DNA of 64,000 bases from an uncultured Fibrobacter sp. (GTDB lineage Bacteria; Fibrobacterota; Fibrobacteria; Fibrobacterales; Fibrobacteraceae). The stretch's first letter is position 1. Every line of letters begins with the position of its first letter. The notes under the pieces were generated by a model. It was not told the DNA's origin. It saw only the letters and a list, made by a program, of their open reading frames with translations, and made no database searches. The position numbers and the translations under genes are program-made. The stretch lies in NCBI GenBank assembly GCA_934699585.1, contig CAKUWY010000006.1:44797-108796 (forward strand), written 5' to 3'. Positions 53,324-62,233 of this stretch are shown here, in pieces.

Positions 53324-54250
53324 ATGGAAACCACACGCTCCGAAAGAATAAAGATTGGCGCTTTCATGCTCTTTTGCGGAATACTTATCCTGGTATTCCT
53401 GGGCTACGTCCTGTCCCGCTACCTGAACAAGGAATACGACTATTACTACACCATATTCAACGATTCAGTCATTGGCCTGTATAACGAAGCGCAGGTCAAA
53501 CTGAACGGCATTGATGTGGGAAACGTGGTAAGGATTCAAATCGACTCCACGGACTTGAACCAGGTCGTGGTGATTTTCCGAGTAAACAGGGGGACTCCAA
53601 TCAAGCAGGGAACCAGGGCAAGTATGACCCATGGGATTTCCCTTACTGGCGAAAAGCAAATAGTTCTCTCTGGCGGACGTTTTGACGAACCCAATGTGGA
53701 AAAGAATGGTTATGTTCCCGCAGCAGAAAATTCATTTGACAAGTTTGCAAACCAGGCAGGCGACATCGTTGGAAATGTAGATGCACTGGTTGGAAACCTG
53801 AACCGTATTTTTTCCAGGGAAAACGTAAACAACATCAGCAGCGCCCTGAAAAATTTGGAAAGTGCGACCAAGAATTTGGACCAGTTGACACAGAACATAT
53901 CCTCCCCTATCGAGAATTTCTCTGCTGCAGCCAATTCCATGAAAACCATTCTGGGAGAAATCGAGGAAGCCAAAATCGCAGCCAAGGCGGGAACTGACCT
54001 AGACCTGATCAAGGAGAAACTGGAAGCCATCGATACCAGGACCATGAACGACAACCTGCAGCAGACGCTGGAATCCGTAAAGCAGTTGACTGGGCGCCTG
54101 GACCAGACCGTCTATAAGAATCAAGACCAGGTAGAAAATGTCATTACCGAACTGAACGCGGTGCTTTCCAACATGGAAGAATTCTCCCAAAAGATCAAAA
54201 ACAATCCCTCGGCACTTATCCATTCAGAAGCCAAGGAGAGACGCAAATGA
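53324..54250 (+). CDS. MlaD/MCE-domain protein with long C-terminal helical region
   Basis: N-terminal TM helix, then ..VIGLYNEAQVKLNGIDVGNVVRIQID.. (MCE fold), then a coiled-coil-like tail. Confidence 0.7.
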   Translation: METTRSERIKIGAFMLFCGILILVFLGYVLSRYLNKEYDYYYTIFNDSVIGLYNEAQVKLNGIDVGNVVRIQIDSTDLNQVVVIFRVNRGTPIKQGTRASMTHGISLTGEKQIVLSGGRFDEPNVEKNGYVPAAENSFDKFANQAGDIVGNVDALVGNLNRIFSRENVNNISSALKNLESATKNLDQLTQNISSPIENFSAAANSMKTILGEIEEAKIAAKAGTDLDLIKEKLEAIDTRTMNDNLQQTLESVKQLTGRLDQTVYKNQDQVENVITELNAVLSNMEEFSQKIKNNPSALIHSEAKERRK

Positions 54251-54870
54251 TTCGATACACGTCATTCTGGGCTGCGACCCGGAATCTAGCGGCGCTTTTA
54301 TTGCTTACCCTTACCCTGACAGGTTGCTTTGGCGGCGGGACCTCTGAGCCTACACGTTACTATACCCTTGCCGTAGAAAACATTTCTGCACCCAAGGCGA
54401 GCGAGACACTTGCAAGCAAGAGCGTAACCGTAAAGAAATTTACCATCGACCCCGCCTACCAGCGCTCAAATATCGTCTATCGGGAATCTGCCTACGACTT
54501 CATGTTCTACGACCTGGACCTCTGGGCAAGCCGGCCGGAACACATGATTACACGGGTCGTCACGGAATATGTTGAAAAGAGCAAATTGTTCAAGTCTGTT
54601 ATTGCGGCAGGCGGCATCATGCCGGATTACGAACTCTCTGGCCACATCGGGGCAATCGAGGAGGTTGACGAAGGCAGTTCCCAGTCAGCACACCTGACTA
54701 TTGGCCTCACATTCAAGAGCGTCCAGTCGAGCGCTATCTTGTGGGAGGGCAAATGCGACAAAAGTAGGTCCACCACTAGCAGGGAACCGAGAGTCACGGC
54801 GGAAGCCCTGTCCAAACTACTGGGCGAATGCTTGGAAGAAAGCCTGAAGGGGATTTCTTCTATAGAATAA
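54247..54870 (+). CDS. ABC-transport auxiliary lipoprotein (PqiC/YmbA-like)
   Basis: Lipobox ..LTLTLTGCFGG. ..YYTL.. and the size fit the DUF330/PqiC family. Overlaps mlaD by 4 nt. Confidence 0.55.
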   Translation: MIRYTSFWAATRNLAALLLLTLTLTGCFGGGTSEPTRYYTLAVENISAPKASETLASKSVTVKKFTIDPAYQRSNIVYRESAYDFMFYDLDLWASRPEHMITRVVTEYVEKSKLFKSVIAAGGIMPDYELSGHIGAIEEVDEGSSQSAHLTIGLTFKSVQSSAILWEGKCDKSRSTTSREPRVTAEALSKLLGECLEESLKGISSIE

Positions 54871-54912
54871 TTTGCTAGATTGTCTTGCACCTTTTTTATG
54901 GCGACAGCAAGC

Positions 54913-56148
54913 ATGAGCGAACAACCGAAACTTCTAAAAAATCCGCCGGACCTGAACAAGATTGCAAGGCCCAATTGGATCGAAATCAACCTGGATGCCC
55001 TCTGCAACAACATCAAGTTCATCCGCAGCCAGATTCCCGCAAACACCAAGATTCTCTTACCCGTAAAGGCCGACTCCTACGGTCACGGGAGCCTCGCCTG
55101 CTCCTTTGCCGCCAAGTTCGGCGGTGCAGACTACCTGGGAGTGGCCCACATCAGCGAAGGCATGCTGCTCCGCCAGTACGGCATGGACCTTCCCATTCTG
55201 GTACTTGGCCCCTGCACGCCCTCTGACTTTGCCTACTTCGTGGAATTCCAGCTGACCGCCGCCATCACGGACATCCGTACCGCCATGGCCTTCGACCAGT
55301 TCCTGAAAGAGACGGGCACCACCTGCAAGGCACACCTGGCAGTTGATACGGGCATGAACCGTTACGGCTTTGACGCCGAGGACTTCAACAACATCCGTGC
55401 GGCACTGAGCCTCAAGAACTTGCATTTCGAAGGGATGTTCACCCATCTGGCCACTGCCGACATGCCGGGGAACCCCAAGACCGACATCCAGATCCAGCGC
55501 TTTACGCGACTCGTAGATGTGCTGGAAGCGGAAGGACTCCGCCCCGCCATCTGCCACTGTAGCAGTTCCGCAGGCACCCTCACCCGCCCCGAAAGCCACT
55601 TTGACATGGTGCGCCCGGGCCTTGCCCTCTACGGCTACAACTGCATGGGAGCTGCCCCTTCGCCGTGGCCGATTAAGCCCGTAATGCGAATCAAGTCCAC
55701 CATCCGCCACATTCACGACGTGAAGCCCGGCGAGACGGTCAGTTACGGCGGCTACTGGATGGCACAGCAGCCCACTCGAATCGCCACCGTGGCCATCGGT
55801 TACGGCGACGGTTACCTCCGCGGTGGCTACAACAAGGGATTCCTGTTTATCCGTGGGCAGCTCTGCCCCATTCTCGGCCGCGTGTGCATGGACGCCACCA
55901 TGGTGGATGTAAGCCACATTCCCGACGTTCAGGTTGGCGAAACGGTTGATGTGGTGAACGGCGAACTGGACCACCGCATTTCCATGGAAAGCGTGGCCGA
56001 CGACCACCACACTATCCCCTACGAATTCACCAGCCGCGTAGCCCGCCGCCTGTACCGCAAGTACTACTGGAAAAACCGCCTGGTGCGCTGGGATTACCTG
56101 CGTCAGGAATTCGGCGTCAAGGAATACAAGGAATATCCGCTGCGGTAA
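54913..56148 (+). CDS. alr: Alanine racemase
   Basis: ..PNWIEINLDAL.. and the PLP-lysine motif ..LLPVKADSYGHGS... The start is uncertain (ATG 54913 or 54898; the track gives TTG 54880). Confidence 0.85.
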   Translation: MSEQPKLLKNPPDLNKIARPNWIEINLDALCNNIKFIRSQIPANTKILLPVKADSYGHGSLACSFAAKFGGADYLGVAHISEGMLLRQYGMDLPILVLGPCTPSDFAYFVEFQLTAAITDIRTAMAFDQFLKETGTTCKAHLAVDTGMNRYGFDAEDFNNIRAALSLKNLHFEGMFTHLATADMPGNPKTDIQIQRFTRLVDVLEAEGLRPAICHCSSSAGTLTRPESHFDMVRPGLALYGYNCMGAAPSPWPIKPVMRIKSTIRHIHDVKPGETVSYGGYWMAQQPTRIATVAIGYGDGYLRGGYNKGFLFIRGQLCPILGRVCMDATMVDVSHIPDVQVGETVDVVNGELDHRISMESVADDHHTIPYEFTSRVARRLYRKYYWKNRLVRWDYLRQEFGVKEYKEYPLR

Positions 56149-56248
56149 AAAAGGTGTAATTTCTATATTTACCCGGGAAAATTTAAGCAGGCATGGATTT
56201 TGCGGCAGATAAGCGAACCGCGGCAATTCCCGTGCCAAAGAGGAAAAG

Positions 56249-58684
56249 ATGAAAGTTTCTTTGAATTGGCTCAGACGTCACGTTGATCTTCCGGAAAATG
56301 CGGAAGAAGTTGCAAAGGCGCTCACCTCCATCGGTCTCGAAGTTGAAGGCACCGAGGAACCGGGCAAAGTCTACGAGAAGCTCGTTGTTGCTAAGGTTCT
56401 TACCTGCGACCCCCACCCGGACAGCGACCACCTGCACATCACCACCGTGAACGACGGCAAGGAAACGCTCCAGGTTGTTTGCGGCGCCCCCAACGTAGCC
56501 GCGGGCCAGACCGTGGTTCTCGCCCCGATTGGCGCGGAACTCCCGCTCGAGGGCGGTGGCACTCTCAAGATGAAGAAGTCCAAGATCCGCGGCGTAGAAA
56601 GTTTCGGAATGATTTGCGCCGAAGACGAAATCGGTCTCAGCGACGACCACGCCGGCATCATGGTGCTGGACGACAGCATTCCGGCAGGCACCCCCTTCGT
56701 GAGTCTCGGCATGTACGACGTGTGCTATGAACTGAACGTGACCCCGAACCGCCCGGATGCTTTGAGCCACCGCGGCGTGGCCCGTGAACTGGCCGCCAAG
56801 TTCAACCGCCCGCTGAAGCCCCTCGCCTACGAACTTAAGGAAGATACCGAGGCCGCAAGTTCCGCCATCAGCCTCGAAGTGGTTCCCGGCTGCGGCTGCT
56901 CCCGCTACGTGGGCCGAGTCATCAAGGACGTGAAGGTCGAAAAGTCCCCCGCCTGGCTCGCAAAGCTTTTGCACGCCGTCGGCATGAACAGCATCAACAA
57001 CGTGGTGGACATCACGAACTTCATCTTGATGGACGTGGGCCAGCCGCTCCACAGTTTTGACATGGACCAGCTCCACGGCAACAAGATTAAGGTGCGCCGT
57101 GCCGTGAAGGGCGAAAAGATTGAAACCATCGACCATACCGCCCATGAGCTCGTTGAAAACGACCTCGTGATTTGCGACGGCGACCGTCCGGCCTGCGTTG
57201 CCGGCGTGATGGGCGGCGTCGAATCCGAAATCGTCGATGCCACCAAGAACGTGTTCCTCGAGAGCGCCTGGTTCAACCCGACGGTGGTCCGCAAGCAGGC
57301 CAAGCGTCTCTGCATTTCCACCGACTCCAGTTACCGCTTTGAACGCGAAATCGACTTCGCAACCCAGGACGAATACAGCAAGTACGCCTGCGCTCTCATC
57401 CAGGAAGTCGCGGGTGGCCGCATCCTCAAGGGCAGCGTCGAATACACCGGCGACGACCACAAGAAGGAATGCAGCGTGGTCACGCTCCGCATCGCCCAGG
57501 CTGAACGCGTTATCGGCATGAAGCTCGACATGGCCCAGGTGGAGAAGTTCCTCACGGGCATCGCTCTCGAAGTCGTCTCCAAGACGGAGAACTCCATCAC
57601 CTTCAAGATTCCGAGTTTCCGCCCCGACCTGGAACGGGAAGTGGACCTCATCGAAGAAGTCGCCCGACTTGTCGGGTTCGACAACATTCCATACACGCTG
57701 CCCTCCTTCAAGATGCAGCCCAATGAACTGCCGCCCATTGAAGTCTTGAACCGTAAGATTCGCAAGACACTTTCTGCCATGGGCCTGCACGAATGCCTGA
57801 GCCTGCGCTTCACGAGCAAGGCCCGCACCGAGGCCCTGTTCGGTACCGAAAACGACGACCGCCGCAGCAAGCCCGCACTGCTTTTGAACCCGCTCTCCGA
57901 AGAGTTGGGCGCGGTACCCACGAGCCTCCTCCCCAACCTCCTCAAGAGCGTTGCCGAGAACGAGAAGAACCGCCCCGGTTCCGTGCGCCTGTTCGAAGTG
58001 GCCAAGGGCCAGTTCAAGCGAGACCGGAAGGACGTCCGCGACCCGGGCTTCGACGAATCGAACCTCGTGGCTCTGGCCATCGCAGGCAACTTCGACGTGA
58101 ACCCGCTCAACGACAAGCCCGCCCAGATTGACTTTACCGCCTTCAAGGGCTTGGTGCAGAGTTTTCTCAAGCGCGTGGGCCTCGTCGTGGAATTCCGCGT
58201 GAGCGCCAAGCCCGAAATCTTCCTGCACCCGGGCAAGCAGACCGAAATCCTCGCCGACGGCGTGGTGCTCGGCACCATGGGCGAACTCCACCCCTCCGTG
58301 ATGGCCGCAAACGACATCAGCTACACCACCTACGTGATGGAACTGGACATGGACAAGATGGAACACGCCACCCACAAGAAGATCGTGTTCGAAGCCTTCA
58401 GCCGCCAGGTGCCTTCTACCCGCGACATCTCGCTGGAAGTGGCGAAGTCCATGACCCACGAAGACATTGTCGCCCGCATCAAGGGACTGAACCCCAAGAA
58501 CCTCGCGAAGATTACCCTCAAGAGCATCTACGAAGGCGACAAGATCGAAGCCGGTAAGAAGAACATGGTCTATAGCCTCACCTACCAGGCCATGGACCGC
58601 ACCCTTACCGACGACGATGTCAACAAGGCCCACAACAAACTGCGTGACAAGTTGGTCGCCAACGGCGATATTGTGCTGAGATAA
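56249..58684 (+). CDS. pheT: Phenylalanine--tRNA ligase beta subunit
   Basis: MKVSLNWLRRHVDL.., the tRNA-binding domain ..VVAKVLTCDPHPDSDHLHITTV.., and the B3/4 and B5 regions. 811 aa. The minus ORF 56183-58738 is a shadow. Confidence 0.95.
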   Translation: MKVSLNWLRRHVDLPENAEEVAKALTSIGLEVEGTEEPGKVYEKLVVAKVLTCDPHPDSDHLHITTVNDGKETLQVVCGAPNVAAGQTVVLAPIGAELPLEGGGTLKMKKSKIRGVESFGMICAEDEIGLSDDHAGIMVLDDSIPAGTPFVSLGMYDVCYELNVTPNRPDALSHRGVARELAAKFNRPLKPLAYELKEDTEAASSAISLEVVPGCGCSRYVGRVIKDVKVEKSPAWLAKLLHAVGMNSINNVVDITNFILMDVGQPLHSFDMDQLHGNKIKVRRAVKGEKIETIDHTAHELVENDLVICDGDRPACVAGVMGGVESEIVDATKNVFLESAWFNPTVVRKQAKRLCISTDSSYRFEREIDFATQDEYSKYACALIQEVAGGRILKGSVEYTGDDHKKECSVVTLRIAQAERVIGMKLDMAQVEKFLTGIALEVVSKTENSITFKIPSFRPDLEREVDLIEEVARLVGFDNIPYTLPSFKMQPNELPPIEVLNRKIRKTLSAMGLHECLSLRFTSKARTEALFGTENDDRRSKPALLLNPLSEELGAVPTSLLPNLLKSVAENEKNRPGSVRLFEVAKGQFKRDRKDVRDPGFDESNLVALAIAGNFDVNPLNDKPAQIDFTAFKGLVQSFLKRVGLVVEFRVSAKPEIFLHPGKQTEILADGVVLGTMGELHPSVMAANDISYTTYVMELDMDKMEHATHKKIVFEAFSRQVPSTRDISLEVAKSMTHEDIVARIKGLNPKNLAKITLKSIYEGDKIEAGKKNMVYSLTYQAMDRTLTDDDVNKAHNKLRDKLVANGDIVLR

Positions 58685-58711
58685 TAAGTCGGCGAACCTA
58701 TAACAATATGT

Positions 58712-58822
58712 GTCGGCAAACAAGTTTGCCTCCCGCATACGCTTTGCGTATGCGAATAAAAGCTATGGTCAGTCGGCAATCAAAGTTTGCCTCCCGCATA
58801 CGCTTTGCGTATGCGAATAAAA
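58712..58822 (+). repeat. Two tandem ~51-nt units (period 60), each with a 9-bp hairpin CGCATACGC-ttt-GCGTATGCG
   Basis: GTCGGCAAaCAAgTTTGCCTCCCGCATACGCTTTGCGTATGCGAATAAAA occurs twice (58712-58761 and 58772-58822). Partial GTCGGC(G/A)A motifs also lie at 58689 and 58833. Confidence 0.85.
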
Positions 58823-58841
58823 ATTCTAAATTGTTCGGCAA

Positions 58842-59306
58842 ATGAAGATTGCTTATTTAAAATTTTTGCCGTTTGCATTGGCTCTTTGGGGGCTTGCGGC
58901 CTGTTCTACCGACCCCGAACCGGAGGATTTTTCCGCCGAAGAACTTCGGGACATGACCCCTATCATGCAATTCAAAGGTAATCCCATTCCCGAGGATTGC
59001 TATTCCGAAGAACATGTCACCACAGACGTCACCAAAATCCGGGAGCCCGGTGACACATACTCGGGTCCCTTTTGGCGGTTGGAATGCTATTTCTACTATG
59101 AAAAATATGCTGAATTTTACCAGGCCATTGAAGACATGGGCTGGAAATACGATTCAGACGAAGGCAACCAAGGTGATTGTGGGCCTAAACATGAATACAC
59201 AAAAACCGTCAACCACCGCAAATTGCACCTATACGTGAAAACCTGCGACGGTAGCGATTGGTTTGTATCTAAAGACCGCTTCCTATTCCACGTGGAATAC
59301 AAATAG
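58842..59306 (+). CDS. Lipoprotein, unknown function
   Basis: MKIAYLKFLPFALALWGLAACSTD (lipobox). 154 aa. Confidence 0.5.
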   Translation: MKIAYLKFLPFALALWGLAACSTDPEPEDFSAEELRDMTPIMQFKGNPIPEDCYSEEHVTTDVTKIREPGDTYSGPFWRLECYFYYEKYAEFYQAIEDMGWKYDSDEGNQGDCGPKHEYTKTVNHRKLHLYVKTCDGSDWFVSKDRFLFHVEYK

Positions 59307-59320
59307 CTTATTGAGCAGCA

Positions 59321-59899
59321 TCAATAATTTTTGAGACAGCGCACGGAATACATGTTCCCGCTGTAATCAAATTCCATGGAGAAATCGCCAGGAGGGGCCA
59401 AATGCCAGCCATAGGCGTCACCCTCTTCGCTGGTGGCGCTCCAGAAATGGGCGGACACTCCTAGTTCCACAAATTCGTCGGTTGCCTTGCCAGCAGGCAC
59501 TATGTCGAACCCGTAACGGTCTGAACCGTCCCACTTGTCGCGGGACTTCAGGCTCACCCAGGCGGCCTCCTTACCGTCGCTGTCTTCGATGACCGTGCGG
59601 AAACGTTTCCATTCGTCGTTTTCTGGCAGGTGCCAGCCCGTAGGGCATGCCTCCTTTGCCATCTCAAAATTATAGAGGCGGCCGTACTTTGCACAATTCT
59701 CCGGATTGTTGTCGTAGCAGGCACTCCCTTTCACATTGAACGCAAGGTTTTCGGCCATCCAGACGCGGGTCCCGATGACAACCGTCCTGTAGGTGTGTCC
59801 GTCGCGAGCATCGCGGAATGTTCCCGTCTGCGGCAAAGCGAAACAGGCGCAAGCAAGCGCAAGAAAAAGAAAAAGGATATTCCTTAAAATAGAAACCAT
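59321..59899 (-). CDS. FISUMP-domain protein (Fibrobacter succinogenes major paralogous domain, TIGR02145 type)
   Basis: ..FRDARDGHTYRTVVIGTRVWMAENLAF.., ..YGRLYNF..A..ACPTGWHLPENDEW.., ..FWSATS.. fit the family pattern. Confidence 0.75.
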   Translation of the reverse strand: MVSILRNILFLFLALACACFALPQTGTFRDARDGHTYRTVVIGTRVWMAENLAFNVKGSACYDNNPENCAKYGRLYNFEMAKEACPTGWHLPENDEWKRFRTVIEDSDGKEAAWVSLKSRDKWDGSDRYGFDIVPAGKATDEFVELGVSAHFWSATSEEGDAYGWHLAPPGDFSMEFDYSGNMYSVRCLKNY

Positions 59900-60063
59900 A
59901 CAGCGAAAATATAAAATATCTCCTAAACCTCGGTCTAGTATCCAAAGACAGTTCTTATTCTTTGATTACAACCGAAAGCTACATGGGCTTGCGGCCATTT
60001 TTTGTCCATCAAGCGTTCTTTTTCTATATTTGTGCCCGCAATAAATCGTAAAAAACAATCCCA

Positions 60064-60099
60064 ATGGATTCTATCGGGCCTTCGGCCCTCCAGAATGAC
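60064..60099 (-). repeat. REP-like element, long-stem subfamily, upstream of leuC
   Basis: ATGGATTCTATCGGGCCttcGGCCCTCCAGAATGAC. It accounts for the spurious N-terminal extension of track ORF 60002. Confidence 0.65.
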
Positions 60100-60124
60100 A
60101 ACGGGAATAAAAAGAGACAAAACT

Positions 60125-61534
60125 ATGGGAAAATCACTCTATCAGAAGATTTTTGAAAGCCACACGGTAGCAAAGCTCCCGAGCGGCCAGTGCCAGCTCT
60201 TTATCGGGCTCCACCTCTGCCACGAAGTCACGAGCCCGCAGGCTTTTGCGCAGCTCCGCGAAGAAGGCCAGAAGGTGCTGTTCCCGGAACGCACTTTCGC
60301 CACGGTGGACCACATCATTCCGACCACATTCCCGGAACGTAACCGCCCGCTCAAGGACGGCATTTCCGAAGAGATGTTCTCCCATATTGAAAACAACACC
60401 AAGAATAACGGCATCAAGTTCTTTGGCCCCGCTACCGCTGAACAGGGCGTTATCCACATCGTTGGCCCGGAAGAAGGCGTTACGCAGCCGGGTATGACTG
60501 TTGCCTGCGGTGACTCCCACACGGCCACCCACGGTGCCTTCGGTGCTATCGCTTTCGGTATCGGCACAAGCCAGGTGGCAGACGTTCTCGCCACCCAGAC
60601 GCTCGCCATGAGCCCCTTGAAGACTCGCCGCATCAAGTTCACCGGCAAGCTCAAGCCGGGTGTGACCGCCAAGGACGTTGCCCTTGCTTACATCGCCAAG
60701 CTCGGCGTGAACGGTGGCGTTGGCTACGCTTACGAATTTGCCGGTCCGGTCATCGAAGAAATGGGCATGGAAGGCCGTATGACGGTCTGCAACATGGCTA
60801 TCGAAGGTGGCGCCCGCGTCGGTTACTGCAACCCCGACGAAAAGACTTTTGAATACCTCAAGGGCCGTCCGTACGCCCCGAAGGCCGACAAGTGGGACGA
60901 GGCCGTCGCTTACTGGAAGTCCGTAGCTACCGACGCCGACGCCCAGTTTGACGACGAAGTCGAAATCAACTGCGACGAGCTCGAACCGATGGTCACCTGG
61001 GGTATCACTCCGGCCCAGGCCATTCCGCTGAACGGAAACATGCCGAAGATCAGCGAATTTACCGGCAGCGAAAAGAAGGTCATTTCCGAAGCTTATGAAT
61101 ACATGGGCTGGGAAGAAGGCAGCCAGATGATTGGCCGCCCGATCGACATCGCCTTCGTGGGTAGCTGCACCAACGGCCGCCTCAGCGACTTGCAGGCCGC
61201 CGCCGAAATCATCAAGGGCCACAAGGTCGCCCCGACTGTGAAGATGTGGGTCGTTCCGGGTTCCATGAAGATCAAGGTAGAAGCCGAACAGCTCGGTCTC
61301 GACAAGATCTTTAAGGAAGCCGGTGCCGAATGGCGCGAAGCAGGCTGCTCTCTCTGCCTCGCCATGAACCCGGATAAGCTCAAGGACCGCCAGGTGAGCG
61401 CCTCCTCCAGCAACCGTAACTTCAAGGGCCGTCAGGGCAGCCCCACGGGCCGCACCATCCTCATGAGCCCCGCCATGGTGGCTGCCGCCGCCATCGAAGG
61501 CAAGGTCACCGACGTCCGCAAGTACATCAAGTAA
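60125..61534 (+). CDS. leuC: 3-isopropylmalate dehydratase large subunit
   Basis: MGKSLYQKIFESH.., ..CGDSHTATHGAFGA.., ..GSCTNGRLSDL.., ..CSLCLAMN... Confidence 0.95.
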   Translation: MGKSLYQKIFESHTVAKLPSGQCQLFIGLHLCHEVTSPQAFAQLREEGQKVLFPERTFATVDHIIPTTFPERNRPLKDGISEEMFSHIENNTKNNGIKFFGPATAEQGVIHIVGPEEGVTQPGMTVACGDSHTATHGAFGAIAFGIGTSQVADVLATQTLAMSPLKTRRIKFTGKLKPGVTAKDVALAYIAKLGVNGGVGYAYEFAGPVIEEMGMEGRMTVCNMAIEGGARVGYCNPDEKTFEYLKGRPYAPKADKWDEAVAYWKSVATDADAQFDDEVEINCDELEPMVTWGITPAQAIPLNGNMPKISEFTGSEKKVISEAYEYMGWEEGSQMIGRPIDIAFVGSCTNGRLSDLQAAAEIIKGHKVAPTVKMWVVPGSMKIKVEAEQLGLDKIFKEAGAEWREAGCSLCLAMNPDKLKDRQVSASSSNRNFKGRQGSPTGRTILMSPAMVAAAAIEGKVTDVRKYIK

Positions 61535-61552
61535 CGCAAGGAGATTTAAAAA

Positions 61553-62155
61553 ATGAATTCTATCGACATTGTTAAAGGTTCCGGCGTTCCTGTACGCGGC
61601 AACGACATCGACACTGACCGTATCATCCCGGCACGCTTCCTCAAGTGCGTCACGTTCGAAGGACTCGGCGACAACGCCTTTGCCGACGATATCGCAGGCC
61701 TCGCCGCTCAGGGCAAGGTTCACCCGTTCCGCGATCCGGCCTACAAAAATGGCTCCATCCTCGTCTCGAACCAGAACTTCGGTTGCGGTTCCAGCCGTGA
61801 ACACGCTCCGCAGGCCCTGAAGCGCTGGGGCATCCGCGCTATCATCGCCGAAAGCTACTCCGAAATCTTCTTCGGTAACTGCGTGGCCATTGGCGTGCCT
61901 TGCTACAAGGTGAGCCACGAAGTTGCAGACAAGATTCTCGCCTGGATCGAAACACACCCGAGCGAAGAACTCGTGACGAGCACCGAAAGCCGCACGCTCA
62001 AGATGGGTGACGAAACCATCGAGCTCACGCTTGCCGACGGCCCCCGCGGTCAGTTCCTCGACGGTTCCTGGCACGCCCGTTTCGCCCTCATGGCCAACGC
62101 CGACAAGGTGCAGGAACTTGCAAGCAAGCTGCCGTACATGAACTTTTTGAAGTAG
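61553..62155 (+). CDS. leuD: 3-isopropylmalate dehydratase small subunit
   Basis: ..VRGNDIDTDRIIPARFLK.., ..NFGCGSSREHAPQAL... Confidence 0.9.
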   Translation: MNSIDIVKGSGVPVRGNDIDTDRIIPARFLKCVTFEGLGDNAFADDIAGLAAQGKVHPFRDPAYKNGSILVSNQNFGCGSSREHAPQALKRWGIRAIIAESYSEIFFGNCVAIGVPCYKVSHEVADKILAWIETHPSEELVTSTESRTLKMGDETIELTLADGPRGQFLDGSWHARFALMANADKVQELASKLPYMNFLK

Positions 62156-62233
62156 GAATGAGGTGTGAGATCGGCACTTCGTGCCTTTGAGGTCGCTACG
62201 CTCTGAGGTATGGGGCGGTCGCTCAGCTCCCTT

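Noticed and set aside
56183-58738. Very long antisense ORFs: 56183-58738 (851 aa), 60134-62338 (734 aa), 40950-42734 (594 aa), 15051-16334, 5013-6284, 55057-56238, 22672-23667, 2237-3223, 32109-33374, 7035-7964
   Set aside because: Each lies exactly opposite a gene with unmistakable family motifs (pheT, leuCD, the BCR/HAD fusion, glyA, U32 peptidase, alr, thiH, paaK, MMPL, OMP). Their translations are low-complexity (Gly/Ala/Val/His-rich) with no recognisable motifs, which is typical of shadow ORFs.
58725-58820. Tandem intrinsic terminators after pheT
   Set aside because: The hairpins are followed by AATAAAA on the plus strand and GGAGGCAAA on the minus strand, so there is no U-tract on either strand. 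They are reported as an unexplained tandem repeat instead.
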